Positions 36,752 to 49,017 of a DNA stretch of 64,000 nt are shown one piece after another (positions within the stretch are counted from its first letter, which is position 1; the number at the start of each line of letters is the position of its first letter). The notes beneath the pieces are model-generated. The model was not told the DNA's origin. It made no database searches and saw nothing but the letters and a program-made list of their open reading frames with translations. The DNA lies in the NCBI GenBank assembly GCA_946965045.2, contig OX337236.1:3038001-3102000 (forward strand). Reading direction: 5' to 3'. Made by a program: the position numbers and the translations under genes. Source of the DNA: Epithemia pelagica (lineage: Eukaryota > Protista > Bacillariophyta).

Positions 36752-37510
36752 AATGTGCAACAGGTTTCATAGTATCACGTCAAAAATTGAGGAAGCAATA
36801 TCATGGAAATTATCATGTAAACATCACGTCATTTATGCTGTTATTTTGATCATGTCACTCATTAGATATGTTGTGAATCCTTTTAGTTAATGAAAAGCTC
36901 GAACTCACTTAACAGGACTGGAGATCATCTTCACTCCTACACGACTGCACGTGAATTTCCTTCTAATTTCATGACGTTTGAGGCAATCGGATAGAACTAT
37001 GATAAAAGATTCATTGCGATCGTCATACTTCATCCATCCGCCACGACCAGTTATTAGCAGTATTTTGCTTGGTGCACAGCAACAAGTAAGCTCGACGACA
37101 AGGGGTCCGCCAGGATCCAGGATGGTCCAATCGTTTGGTGGAACGTGGATGGTCCTCTGCGGTACGACGACACATGGTGGTGAATAAAGTGCGAGGCCGG
37201 TGTTTCCGGCAGTATACTTGTGGCATATCGCAACTTGTTTTGGAACGACTTGATGGAGTATGAGGAATGGAATGAGAGAGAGCCTCTTCGACTTCGACGT
37301 CATCACACCTCTTGTTGGGATGGATGCGGTCATGTAATCTATGTGCGACCTGCTTCCACGCTCAGTAAAGCGTACGTACGACAGACACTCCGATGGCCTG
37401 TCAGTCCGAATCCATCACAGCAATCTCAGCAGAGCCGCAAAAAAGCATTGCAATTTGCAATCTCTGCATGTTAGTCTCTCGCGATCCTCATAAATTCTGC
37501 AGTCAAAACC

Positions 37511-38728
37511 ATGAGCATGACACTGAAAGAACAAGCAGGGCAGTCGGGCCTTGTCCTTTTTGATGCGATATGGAATCATAACGACTGGCCTCCTCTTGAG
37601 GGTGGATGGCGTGAAGAACATGCTACGGTCGTACTGGATCATCCCGATAAAGACGACAATCACAAGAACAACAAGAGACAAACGGTCGTTGTGTTGGGCG
37701 GACGGCTACACTGCCAATGTGTCACCAAGTCCGTGCTTGTATTGAATTTAGCAGAATCAAACAAGCAGTGGCAAGGAGGGCCACCCATGAACAAGAGTCG
37801 TCGTGGACATGGCGCTGTCGTGTGCAATGGCGGCGTTTACGTGATGGGAGGAAGCAATGGATATTCGTGGTTGGATTGCATGGAAAGAATTGACGTCAAT
37901 GATTTGCTGCAATCATCTTCGACATCAAGCACCACATATGAGAGTCATTGGACGACATTGACATGTCGATTATCAACGCAACGATGGGGATGTTGTGCTG
38001 TTGCGGTTCACAACCGATACATTGTGGTAATGGGTGGCTCTGATGGTGCCTTTGACTTGTCGTCGGTGGATATTATTGATACCAGCAACGACAGTGTCAC
38101 TGCGGGACCATGCCTTAACGTTCCACGATTTTGGGCTACCAGTGTGGTCGTTGGTCACCGCATCTTTGTCGTTGGAGGTCGTAACGAGCATGGCAATCTT
38201 GACTCGGTAGAGTACATTGACTTTGCAATGCCTTGTGATAATGAGAAGACAAAAAAGGAGACGGGTTCCTCTCTCATTTCCTCCTCGTCCGCTTGGATCA
38301 CTCATTCGGAGTTGGTGCTTTCCAATGCACGAAGTTCTTGTGCAGTGGTTGCCGTGGGATCTTGTCTGGTGGTGGCGGGAGGACTAGACAATCCAACTGT
38401 GGAAGTCTTGGAAACGAGCCGCAACCGCGTTTGGAATCTCCCACGATTCGGGAATCACCGCTGTAACTGCAGTCTAGTTACTCTTGCGGATCAAATTACC
38501 GTGATTGGTGGGTTTCTCAATCCTTCCTGTGCGACATTACCACTACTGGACAAGAATTCGTGGTGTTTTCGTCAACTCTGTGAACAGCAACCCAACGGAT
38601 GGTATCATTTCCGGGAAGGAATGGGTATCCGAGATGCTGATATTTCACCCTTTCTCACCTCGGTGTCCATTCGTAAACGAGTGAGGACCAATACATGTCA
38701 TGGTGGGAAAGAGGAGGATTGTACTTAA
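37511..38728 (+). CDS. Kelch-repeat protein (copy 2)
   Basis: Paralogue of copy 1 with an intact ORF. Confidence 0.92.
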   Translation: MSMTLKEQAGQSGLVLFDAIWNHNDWPPLEGGWREEHATVVLDHPDKDDNHKNNKRQTVVVLGGRLHCQCVTKSVLVLNLAESNKQWQGGPPMNKSRRGHGAVVCNGGVYVMGGSNGYSWLDCMERIDVNDLLQSSSTSSTTYESHWTTLTCRLSTQRWGCCAVAVHNRYIVVMGGSDGAFDLSSVDIIDTSNDSVTAGPCLNVPRFWATSVVVGHRIFVVGGRNEHGNLDSVEYIDFAMPCDNEKTKKETGSSLISSSSAWITHSELVLSNARSSCAVVAVGSCLVVAGGLDNPTVEVLETSRNRVWNLPRFGNHRCNCSLVTLADQITVIGGFLNPSCATLPLLDKNSWCFRQLCEQQPNGWYHFREGMGIRDADISPFLTSVSIRKRVRTNTCHGGKEEDCT

Positions 38729-39740
38729 AGTGCAACATGTTGTATGATACGTGACAAACTGAGGAAACAGTATCATGGAATAGTATATACTCTCAAACAG
38801 TTACCATGCGTCCATGACGAGATTTGAAGCTTTTATGACGATCATTGTGAATCCTATAAAAAGTTAATGAAAAGCTACAACGCACTATACAGATTAAAAT
38901 GGACATGGATCAAAGAGCAACTCTCGTAGCATGTTTAGAGGGTATCCACCTATATAGCATATGACACAAGAATTTTGCTTCTCATGTGATAACGTTTGTC
39001 GCAGTCGGATAGAGCTATCATAGTAGATTCATCAACGTGGTACTAGCCATCGTCATGATGTATGCATCCGCCATGATCAGCGTTCAAAATTCTTCAAGAC
39101 TAGGGGGTAGCAGCAGGGGAGGCTTGAAGCAGTTTCGACGCCACTTTTATTCCATATCTGTCGGACGTTTCCACCCGGTGCAAAAGGTTTCCATGTCTCG
39201 GATCCAGCCATTCGCGAACCTCCTGTGGATACACACTTGTCGTCCCAATGTCCGTGGAAGCAGTCCCCATTCGGCACTCTCGTCGTGCCCGGTCCCCCCT
39301 ATCGGTCCATTGTCGTCGCGTTGCTTGGGAACCGCCGTGTGATGGGCACCGGCATCTTTGGATTGTTATAGTGGCCGCAACGAGGACTCGACCAATACTT
39401 TTGCGTGTGTGGAACTTCATGCCACATGAAAGACTGCTGAGGGTGCGTCGTCGTCTCACTTCCTTGTCGTCTTCTCCTTCTCCTCTTGGATAATGATCTT
39501 GTTCCCTCGTGTTGTTAGCAGAGACTCGAGACATTTTTTTTGGGTCGTTGAGAGAAACCGCCATTTTGGGAGCCGCCCCAAACACAGTCTTGTTCTTGTC
39601 AACGACGACAAGGACTGCGTCTCTCGTGGAGTCTGCCAACGGTAATATCGCACCACCAGTACGAGAATGCCCCTCCACACACACACATGCACACATGCAC
39701 ACAGAGTTTTGCGTGTGGCTGGTGTGGCGCCAGGACCGTG

Positions 39741-40952
39741 TTAGTCCGAGGGCGTAGGGCCAGTCGTACTGGTTGTGGTGGTGGTGGTGGTGGTTGGGAC
39801 CGTCCTGGGTTCCGCGGTGGAGAATGGTGGTTCGGAAACGGTTGGATGGACTGCTGTGGCTGTTCCTGTTGTAGTTGGTGGTGGTGGTGGTGCTGGTTGT
39901 TGGGCCTTTTGTTTCTTGTGGCGATGGGTTTGCTTTTTGGAAACAATGGTGGTAAAGCCATCGTCATCCAGCATGGGTGCGGCTTGTGGTGGTGGTTCGG
40001 AGACGGATGATTGTCCCAATTGACGAATGGGTACAGTCGTTGTCGTTGTCTTGGTGGGTTTGGTCGGAGGCCCAAACAAGGAGTGGGAGGCATAGTCGGC
40101 ACTCGACAAGAGTGTAGCAGCATCTTTTGTTGTGGTGGTTGGTTCTTGGTCCATGGGTGCCGTTCCAGGAGAGGATTGGGCCACTAATTTCATGGACTCG
40201 TGGTAGTGATCGTCGTCGTCGTCATCATCATCCTGGGCATTGACAAATTGAGACGCTTGCGCCACAGAGGCGGCCGCCGCTTGGGTTTGTTGTTGGTGTC
40301 GCATCAAGGCGTGGGCGGCCGTCGCATCGCCTTGCACCAAGCATGTTTCGTACAAGTGCCAAATGGTCTGTGCGACTTGTCGTTCCGAATCGTCTTCGAG
40401 TTGCACGGAAAATTCTTCTTCCATGTAAATGGCCAAGACATCTTCCAATTCGTGTGCCGATGACAATAATGGATACTGCGACTCGTCGTGCAAGCGTTTC
40501 TTGGGATTGTCTGTGGGAGTTGTCGCATTCGGGGATGCTGGCACAAAGTAGTCAATTATAGTTTGTCGTAAAAAGTCGGCCTTGGCATGCGATTCGACAC
40601 CACCCCACCCGCCTTGCACGGCGGTCGCCAAGGCCGACCAGGATCGCAAACAGGCCGTGACACCGGCTTGAAAGTCTGGAATCAAGGCCGAACAAGACGA
40701 AGTGGTGGTCGTCGTTGTCGTCCCACGAGTCTTGTTCTGGTTGTGGACCAACGGTGCGGCTGCGACCGGAGGAGTTGGAGTGGTATTAGTGGCCGCGGCG
40801 GCGGATGCCCACGACTTTTTGGTGTTCCAAACCGATGGTGGTTGTGAGACAGAAGTTACTTGCGGCAAAGCACCGGAAGATTTTGGTTCCGTTTCATCCA
40901 TGGTGGTCAGGTGGTCGGTGGATGGTATGGACGACGAAAAAGCTTCTGCCAT
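39741..40952 (-). CDS. TSR2: Pre-rRNA-processing protein TSR2 with long low-complexity extensions
   Basis: FQAGVTACLRSWSALATAVQGGWGG (WGG motif) and EEFSVQLEDDSERQVAQ. Confidence 0.9.
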   Translation of the reverse strand: MAEAFSSSIPSTDHLTTMDETEPKSSGALPQVTSVSQPPSVWNTKKSWASAAAATNTTPTPPVAAAPLVHNQNKTRGTTTTTTTSSCSALIPDFQAGVTACLRSWSALATAVQGGWGGVESHAKADFLRQTIIDYFVPASPNATTPTDNPKKRLHDESQYPLLSSAHELEDVLAIYMEEEFSVQLEDDSERQVAQTIWHLYETCLVQGDATAAHALMRHQQQTQAAAASVAQASQFVNAQDDDDDDDDHYHESMKLVAQSSPGTAPMDQEPTTTTKDAATLLSSADYASHSLFGPPTKPTKTTTTTVPIRQLGQSSVSEPPPQAAPMLDDDGFTTIVSKKQTHRHKKQKAQQPAPPPPPTTTGTATAVHPTVSEPPFSTAEPRTVPTTTTTTTTSTTGPTPSD

Positions 40953-41290
40953 GGTCCAGAATACACACAGTGTTCAGTTCAGAGTGTGATGACGGATGGA
41001 GAGGACGTTTTCTGTGGTCTGTGGTGCGACGACAGAGCGTGGTGAATAAAGTGCGACCTGATCAGTCGCATTAGCAAGTCGCGCATATAGTTCGTGCCCC
41101 CTGTGCCGAAATTGAGGAACGTATCTTTTGTTGCAGAGATTGCGCATACATCGTTTGTGGTCTCTCCTCGAGTAGCGAAATATAGGAGAGGGATACACAG
41201 CGAGCCTGGAATACACTCTCCCAATCCTCAAAATCACAAGCTGCTAGCTACGGTGAAAGACGAGTGGCGTATCAACTAGTCGTCTGTCTC

Positions 41291-43231
41291 ATGATTTCGA
41301 ACCGAACCGACGACGACGACATGACAACTCTGCAGAACCACGCCATCCAAAGGAGGAGGAGGAGGGCCCGAAACGAATGCTTCCTCTGTTCTTCTTCTTC
41401 TTCTTCTTCTTTTTGGTGTAGTAGGATCCTCGCCTGGAGCCTCATGGTTGCTACTGTATCATGCTGGTTGCCGGTCCCCCTAGTTCATGGCTGGATCATG
41501 GTTCCTTCATGGTCTTCTTGTTCTTCTTCTTTGGCGAGACCTTCCGTCCTGACACTGTCTTCCTCTTCGTCTTCGGTGGAACCCACCACAAGCACCACCA
41601 ACAACAACAAGGACGACGACACGACACTTTACGACGCCCTCTTCCAGGGTGGCGATGCCACAGTGGAGGCTCCCTTACCACCCGCCTATACGGCCTGTCC
41701 CTTTTCGGGCATTTTGGCCGGTCCCACATCCTTTTATCGACAAGCCAGTGCCGCCTTGCAAGCTCCGACGGCCTTTTCCTTTGTGCACAAGCATCGACCC
41801 ATGGTGGAAGTCTGTGAGGGACGCGCCATTCGACACGTGTTGCGGCAGGAATTTGACTCGCTCACCTCCAATGTCGTGGCCGGTGTCTCCCAAGTCATTT
41901 GTGGGACACAATCCTTGCGGACGATTGCGAGTCGACCGGACCATCAAGCCGTTCGACACCTCGTTAGTGTCCCCCTGTCGAAACCCGCCGTTCATCAAGC
42001 CTTGCCGCAACTGCAAGCGATTGGAGAAAGACGATTGCACGAACATTTTGGGAGATCCTCCTCTTCGGCGACGACTCCTACCAATACCACCACAACGGTA
42101 CGCATGGGCGATGTGGCCTTGTCCTTGGCCACGGATGTGACACGCCAAGTCATTTTGGGATGGACCGACGACGACAAGGCAAAAACGCACGAATTGAACG
42201 ACCAAATTGCCACGTGGTTGCATGGCATGTGGTATCCCCCCGGATCGGCCGAACTCAATGCCACGTTGCACGCCAAGGCCTATTTGGAAGGCGTCTTGGA
42301 ACAAAAATTGAACGACTTGGAACAACTCGGTCACAGCGATGGATCTGTCGTCGGTGGTATGCTCTATGCGACCACGACCGACAAGGACGCGGAAGACAAC
42401 GACGACTCGGAATCTTCTTCTGCATCGACCAATCATCAAACCTTGACCCGGACCCAAGTGATTCACAATACCTTGTTGCTCATTTTGGCGGGTACCGAAA
42501 CCACCTCCAGTTCCTTGGCCAATGTCATGCTCTGCATGGGCTTGCATCCCGATCTTTGGCAACGTCTTGTGGACGAACAAGCCGCCGTTGTGGCCCAGCA
42601 TGGAACGGCCGTGACACCGGCCGCCTTGCAAGACAGTCCGTGGTTGCAAGCCGTGGTCTGGGAAACCCTACGGATTTTACCCGTCACCCTGGTTTCGCGA
42701 CGCGTCACGCAAGAGACTTTGGTCGTTCCACCCGCCTCCACTACGGACAAGGACAACAACAAGAAGGACGATTCCTTTCACATTCCTCCCGGATGGGGTG
42801 TCAGTTACAATATTTATTTGGCCCATCAAAATGATCCCATGTGGAAAACTGGGGACGGCACTACCAATTGTATGGATTTGAAAACGGGATTTTGTCCCGA
42901 ACGATGGTTGCAGTTTCCGGACAATGACCCAACCAAACCACCAACTGTCACTCCCCCGACGGTTCAAAGTCATGCCAATTATTTGGGCTTTGGCTATGGG
43001 CCCCGGCATTGTCCCGGCAGTTTCTTGGCCGTGACAGAACTGAGTGTCTTTACCGCCCTCGTGGCTCGTACCCTTCCCACCTTTTGCCTGGCGTCGCCCG
43101 TGTTTTCTACCAATACTGACGACAAGGACCCGCGACCCTTGGACGAACGCATTGAATGGCACAAGGTCGGAGCCATGTTGACACCGGTCGACAAGGTTCC
43201 CATTGTCGTGCCAGCGTCCAACCAGCTATAA
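41291..43231 (+). CDS. Cytochrome P450
   Basis: AGTETTS (I-helix), ETLR (ExxR), FCPERW, and FGYGPRHCPG (heme Cys). The start codon is uncertain (41291, 41321 or later). Confidence 0.95.
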   Translation: MISNRTDDDDMTTLQNHAIQRRRRRARNECFLCSSSSSSSFWCSRILAWSLMVATVSCWLPVPLVHGWIMVPSWSSCSSSLARPSVLTLSSSSSSVEPTTSTTNNNKDDDTTLYDALFQGGDATVEAPLPPAYTACPFSGILAGPTSFYRQASAALQAPTAFSFVHKHRPMVEVCEGRAIRHVLRQEFDSLTSNVVAGVSQVICGTQSLRTIASRPDHQAVRHLVSVPLSKPAVHQALPQLQAIGERRLHEHFGRSSSSATTPTNTTTTVRMGDVALSLATDVTRQVILGWTDDDKAKTHELNDQIATWLHGMWYPPGSAELNATLHAKAYLEGVLEQKLNDLEQLGHSDGSVVGGMLYATTTDKDAEDNDDSESSSASTNHQTLTRTQVIHNTLLLILAGTETTSSSLANVMLCMGLHPDLWQRLVDEQAAVVAQHGTAVTPAALQDSPWLQAVVWETLRILPVTLVSRRVTQETLVVPPASTTDKDNNKKDDSFHIPPGWGVSYNIYLAHQNDPMWKTGDGTTNCMDLKTGFCPERWLQFPDNDPTKPPTVTPPTVQSHANYLGFGYGPRHCPGSFLAVTELSVFTALVARTLPTFCLASPVFSTNTDDKDPRPLDERIEWHKVGAMLTPVDKVPIVVPASNQL

Positions 43232-43657
43232 GTAATACGAGACCAACCACAGAAGAAATACCACGAGCTAGAGACTGTGCTTTCGTCCCAGTGTCTCCCT
43301 CTACTATATTTCCTAGCTAATCTATCGTCTCCTAATGCCAAGTGCCACTAGCTCGAGTAGGTGTTTCCTCATAAAACCGCGACCGCTCTGCGAATCGTAA
43401 AAGGGCACTATTTGAATGATAGGAACTCAACGGAAGACAATGCCAAGACGGCACGCGCAGGGCAGTAACCCTATAAAGCGCGGTGGCAAGCCCAATTTGG
43501 ATCGTGTGGAGAGGCGCCAAACAAATTTGGCAGCATCTCTATTACATGCAGAAGACAAACACAACAATATAAAAAAGAGATCGAGTCCGAGATATTGATC
43601 TTTCTTCTTTCTGGAGATTGTTTCCTTTTGTTTTCTCTTTTTGATTGATTCCAAACC

Positions 43658-44737
43658 ATGCCAGCCAAGGTTCACAGTAGTACGAGCAGCAAATCCAGTG
43701 CGCTTCTGGGGGCATCCTCCAACTACAATACTACCGTCAAGGGTCGTCATCGGGGACATGGTCCATCCTCGTCTTCTTCCCACAATGCCGCCCGCAGTGG
43801 CGGCCGGATTCCCTGGACTCAAGATGTCATTGTTCCCCTCTTGGCGCGTCGGTCCTATCATTTACCGGGCAATACGTGGTGGGGCGACTGGTGTCAATGG
43901 TTTGGCAACAATCACATTTTCTTTGGCATTTGTTTGCATCACAAGTGGCATCCCTTGGAATGGTGGGAACGCAGTTTGGCCTTGACGGCCTCGATATCGT
44001 TTGGATTGGTGGCCATTCAAGTGGTTTATTATTATTACACCAATCCGGAAAACGCGCACTATCGCGATCAAGTCTTGTGGAGTTATGGGGATTCCACAAC
44101 GATTGCCGTGACCCGCGGCATGGTCTGGTTGTGGACCGTCGGTGGTGTCTTTCATTCCCTCTTTGACATGCTCGTGTGGAATATCATGGCCTGTGCCTGT
44201 TGTCAACCGGGTGGACGGTTTGGCAAGAATCGGCTGAGCACACGGTGTCGTGATGTGGGCAGTTATACCCTCATTCCCGTCATTCTCGTCTTGCTTGCCA
44301 TGGCCATTTATCTCGTCTTGTTGCGCGCCTCGCAAGAAGGCGACGGTCAAGCAGAAGACAATGCCAACAATAACAACAACAACCAACAAAATGGCCAGAA
44401 CCAAGGCAATAACAACAATAACAATAATTATTGGTGGAACGGCGGCGGTGGTGCCACGGACGATGCGGTCAATGGCGTTGACGTGAATCAAATTCAAGGA
44501 TTGGAATCCTTTTCCTTTTTGCAAGGTTATGCCATGGAAGTGGCCTTGGCCTGGTGCGTCTACTTTCCCTTGCTTGGAACAATCTTGTTTTCGGGTTGTT
44601 TGGGCTGTGGCGGACGCTTGCCCCTCTTGGGCGGCCGGCCGCGCGACATTCAACTCGTCGCCCAAGAAGCATCCCAACCACCACAACAACAAGGCACTCG
44701 GTCCAGCAACAGTGGGTATTTTGCGACCCATGTGTAG
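43658..44737 (+). CDS. Multi-pass membrane protein of unknown function
   Basis: Intact 359-aa ORF with several hydrophobic segments, W/H/C-rich motifs (HLPGNTWW...NNHIFFGICLHH...HP), an N-rich loop and C-terminal CGGRLPLLGGRP. Confidence 0.8.
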   Translation: MPAKVHSSTSSKSSALLGASSNYNTTVKGRHRGHGPSSSSSHNAARSGGRIPWTQDVIVPLLARRSYHLPGNTWWGDWCQWFGNNHIFFGICLHHKWHPLEWWERSLALTASISFGLVAIQVVYYYYTNPENAHYRDQVLWSYGDSTTIAVTRGMVWLWTVGGVFHSLFDMLVWNIMACACCQPGGRFGKNRLSTRCRDVGSYTLIPVILVLLAMAIYLVLLRASQEGDGQAEDNANNNNNNQQNGQNQGNNNNNNNYWWNGGGGATDDAVNGVDVNQIQGLESFSFLQGYAMEVALAWCVYFPLLGTILFSGCLGCGGRLPLLGGRPRDIQLVAQEASQPPQQQGTRSSNSGYFATHV

Positions 44738-44819
44738 AAACAAGAAAAAAGAAGAAGCGTGAAAACGAGATCAAGACGACAAGAAGGGCAAGAAGGACAA
44801 GAAACATAATACGAATCCA

Positions 44820-45660
44820 GTAGTCGGTGGAACTACGGAAACGCTTTCTTCTCGAATGGGTCGGCAACCACAACCACAACAACCTCACTCCGCGACAACC
44901 AACGTTTCTCGTTCCATGGACCGTTCTCTCTCTTAAGCGCAACGAAACCAAAACACAACAGAAGAAGAAGAAGAAGAAGAAGGCGTCCAGTTTTCCTGCA
45001 GTGCGCGTTCCAGAGGTTTGTGGGGTCGACACGTGACAGTCCTTCACGAACGGTTTGTCGTCCCAGTCGGTTTTCAATGGACGATTATCACGAGAACAGC
45101 ATTGCCAATGCCATCTCGAGAGACACGCACACAAGTCCACATCATGTACGCAAATGGGCCATCCAACTCTGTGTGTCGCTGTTTCTCAACTACCAAAACA
45201 TCTCATGTCTCTGAGATGGAACAAAGCATCATCATCAAAGAAAAGGAGGAGGACAATGAATGTTAAGCGAATCCAAAGCAGTGGAGCCTGTGGTACTATG
45301 GCATGAGATTCCAAAGTCGCCAAACTGTTGGTAGAGTCCTCCTTGCGAACAATCCAAAGATGCTGTTGAACACCATTCCATCGCAACGCGTGCCGAATGG
45401 GGACTGCTTCCACTGCCGACACTGACAAGTGTATCCACATAAGGTTCACAGATGGCTCGATCAGAGGCACCGAAACCTTTGCACCAGCAGGTGGAAACGT
45501 CCTACCTGTCGAGGCGTCGAACATGCTTCAAGCCTCGTGCTACCACCCAAGTCTCCAAGAAGGCGAAAAACTGGCCATGGGGATACAGTAGGACGATCGC
45601 AACGACGACAAGGAGGAATCTTGTATCATAGTTCTATCCAATTGCCTCAAACGTCATGAA
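44820..45660 (+). repeat. Degenerate repeated sequence family X (copy)
   Basis: Shares blocks such as GGCACCGAAACCTTTGCACCAGCAGGTGGAAACGTCCTACCTGTCGAGGCGTCGAA with 47860-48730 and 50990-51950, more partially with 58550-59270, and in inverted orientation with 36960-37130 and 38990-39470. No conserved ORF. Confidence 0.75.
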
Positions 45661-45776
45661 CTGAGAAGGAAAGTCATGTGCGGTCGTATATGCTAAACAA
45701 GATGGATGCCTTCTTCACTCCTGTTAAGTGAGTTAGAGCTTTTCATTAACTTATATCATATCACTTGTTGCACATT

Positions 45777-46952
45777 TCAAGCTTTTTCGTTTCCTTTATC
45801 ACCACGGTGTGCATCGGACCTTGCTCGTTTACGAGCTGATGTCGAGGTCGAGGAGGGTGAGAGATCAGCATCTCGAAAACCCACTTTTTCAAAAGAATGA
45901 CACCATCCGCTAGGCTGATGCTCACAGAGTCGACGAAAACACCACGAATTCTTGTCCAGTAGTGGCAATGTCGCACAGGTAGGATCGCCCCATCCACCAA
46001 TCACGGCAATTTGATCCGCAAGAGTCACCATACTGCAGTGAAAGCGGAGATTCCGACCAGGTGGGAGATTCCACAGACGGTTGCGGCTCGTATCCAAAAC
46101 GTCCACACTTCGATTGTCTAGTCCTCCTGTTACAACCAAACAAGATCCCACTGCAACCACTGCACATGAACTTCGTGCATTGGAAAGCACCAAATCAGAA
46201 TGAGTGGTCCAACTGGACGAGAAGAAAATGACTGTAGCAGCCGTTTCCTCCTGTGTCTTCTCATTATCACAAGGCATTGCAAAGTCAATGTACTCCACCG
46301 AGTCAAGTTGTCTGTTGTGCGCGTTGTGGCCTCCAACGACGTAGATGCGGTGGCCAATGACCGCACTGGTAAAGTATGATCGAGGAATAGTCATGGATGG
46401 CCCTGCAATGACAGTGTGGTTGCTGGCATCAATAATATCCACCGACTTGCTGTAGCCACCCATTACAACGATATATCGGTTGTGAACCGCAACAGCACAA
46501 CATCCACATCGTTGCGTTGATAATCGACATGTCAATGTCGTCCAATGGCTCTCATGTGCACTCAAATCATTACAGTCAATCCGTTCCATACAATCCAAAA
46601 ATTCTCCACTGTATCCTCCCATCACGTAGACGCCTCCGTTGCACACAACAGCGGCATGTGCACGGCGTCTCTTGTTCATGGTTGGTCCTTCTCGCCACTG
46701 TTTGTCTGATTCTGATAAATTCAATACAAGCACGGAAGTAGTGGTACCCTGACCTTGTTGATATCCGCCCAACACGACGACCGTCTGCCCCCTGTTGTTG
46801 CTATCGTTGTCCGTATCCGGATGATCCAGTACGACCGAGGCATGTTCTTCACGCCATCCTCCCTCAAGAGGAGGCCAATCGTTGTCATTCCATTCTGAAT
46901 TTTCGTCCAAAAGGACAAGGCCCGACTGCCCTGCTTTTTCTTGCAGTGTCAT
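45777..46952 (-). CDS. Kelch-repeat protein (copy 3)
   Basis: ATG at 46952 (MTLQEKAGQ); intact ORF. Confidence 0.92.
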   Translation of the reverse strand: MTLQEKAGQSGLVLLDENSEWNDNDWPPLEGGWREEHASVVLDHPDTDNDSNNRGQTVVVLGGYQQGQGTTTSVLVLNLSESDKQWREGPTMNKRRRAHAAVVCNGGVYVMGGYSGEFLDCMERIDCNDLSAHESHWTTLTCRLSTQRCGCCAVAVHNRYIVVMGGYSKSVDIIDASNHTVIAGPSMTIPRSYFTSAVIGHRIYVVGGHNAHNRQLDSVEYIDFAMPCDNEKTQEETAATVIFFSSSWTTHSDLVLSNARSSCAVVAVGSCLVVTGGLDNRSVDVLDTSRNRLWNLPPGRNLRFHCSMVTLADQIAVIGGWGDPTCATLPLLDKNSWCFRRLCEHQPSGWCHSFEKVGFRDADLSPSSTSTSARKRARSDAHRGDKGNEKA

Positions 46953-47379
46953 GGTCCCTTGCAGTGTGATGGTCGTCCTATTATTCACTTTTTCGGCTTT
47001 TGTTGTGAAATGAGGAGACTGTGGTTGTGAGTCTCAGTGAGTGGCTGTGACAACAACGCGTGGAAGCTTTTGAGCGAAAGTGTCTGTCGTATGTACGTAT
47101 GTACGGTCTAACGCTGTGTAAGTGAATCGCACATATAGTTCATGACACGACACTCACCCACGCAGGATCGTTTTCCGATCCAATGTTTTTGACGGAATCC
47201 AAGTGCACGGTGTAAGTGTGTGTGTTCTCTACTTGGCATTCTTTCTCTTCTCCTGGAGAGAAGAACGACGACCTTTCCGACCGCTGTTGTCATCTCCATC
47301 TCTTGGGGGGAGTTGGATCGGATCTCCGAACGTTGCAATTATTTTCGTGCTCCCACAAAGAGGACGCCGACCATCATGG

Positions 47380-47799
47380 TCCGCAGCAGCAGCCGGCAAT
47401 GGCCGGTGGTCGTTCCTTTTTCTTGTTCCAAGAACGACACGACGACCATGGTGGGGGAAACAACCAGTCGGTTGTCACCACCAATCCGTAGTGTTGTTGC
47501 ACGCCATGACCCTGATTCGAGACGTGCCCGATTCTTTTGAGGACTCACTGTCCCCCTTTTACCGCACACAACAACACAACGGCGGTGGCGGTATGGATGA
47601 CGATACGGCTGGCGGTGTCCACGTTCAAGGATTGAAATCCTTTTCCACTCTCTTGTTTTCGGGCTGTTTGGGCTGTGGCGGACGCTTGCCCCTCTTGGGC
47701 GGCCGACCACGCGACATTCAACTCGTCGCCCAAGAAGCATCACAACAAGAACAAGGCACTCGATCCAACAGCAGTGGCTATTTTGCGGCTCATGTGTAG
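47380..47799 (+). pseudogene. Chimera of the DDAH 5' end and the membrane-protein 3' end
   Basis: HAMTLIRDVPDSFEDSL (DDAH-like) joins GGGGMDDD...CGGRLPLLGGRPRD...GYFAAHV at a CAA run (47569-47580). Confidence 0.75.
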
Positions 47800-49017
47800 G
47801 ACGAGGAAGCGTGAAAAACGACCCAAACGACCAGAAGGACAAGAACCACAATACGAATCCAGAATACGGTGGAATAACGGAATCATTCTGTTCTCACTTG
47901 GGTCGGCAACAACCACAACCACAACAACCTCACTCCGTGACAACCATCGTGTCCTGCGCGCGAGAGAAGACACAAAAGAAGGAGAGAAGAAGAAGAAAAG
48001 AGGGCAAAGTGTTCGTTGCGTGAGACTGTGTGTTCCAGAGGTGTTTGTGTGGTCGACAGTCTTTCAGAAACTGGGGAACGGAATGCTCTGAAGGGGGGTT
48101 CATGGACAAAAGACCAAAATTGTCACGAGTGCAGCATTACCAATGCCATCTCCGGACACACAGACACACAGACTACATTATGTACGCAAATGGACCATCC
48201 AACACTGTGGGTCGCTGTTTCTCAACTACCAACACGTCTGAACAGTCGCTGAGATGGAACAAAACATCATCATCCATGAGGAGGACAATGAATTCTGACA
48301 ACGCACCCTAAGCAGTGGAATATTTGTTACTGTGGCATGAAATTCCCAAGTCGCCAAAGTGTTGGTAGAGTCCTTATTGCGAACAATCCAAAGATGCCGT
48401 TGACCACCATTCCAACGCAACGACGATGGACCAACAGGGGGGACCCGGCAAGACGAGAGTGCCGAATAGGGACTGCTTCCACTGCCGGCACAAACATTGG
48501 AACAAGCGTAAAAGGTTCACAAATGGCTGGATCCAAGGCACCGAAACCTTTGCACCAGCAGGTGGAAACGTCCTACCTGTCGAGGCGTCGAAAATGCTCC
48601 AAGCCTCGTGCTACCACCCAAGTCGTCAATAATGCTAATAATAACTGGCCGTGGCGGATGGATGGAGTATGACGATCGCAACGACGACAAGGAGGAATCT
48701 TGTATCATAGTTTATCCGATTGCCTCAAACGTCATGAAATAAAGAGGAAATTCATGTGCGGCCGTATATGCTATACAAGGTGGATGCATTGTTCACTCCT
48801 GTTAAGTGAGTTAGAGCTTTTTATTAACTACAATAGGATTCACAACCTAACTAAGGAGTGACATGATCTTCAGAACAGCACAAAATGACGACGTTATTTC
48901 CATTATATTGTGTCCTAAACTTTTGACGTGATATGCATCCTGTTGCACATTTCAAGCGTAATCATTTGCTTTTTCACCACGGTATGCATCGGACCTTGCT
49001 CGTTTAAGAGCTAATGT

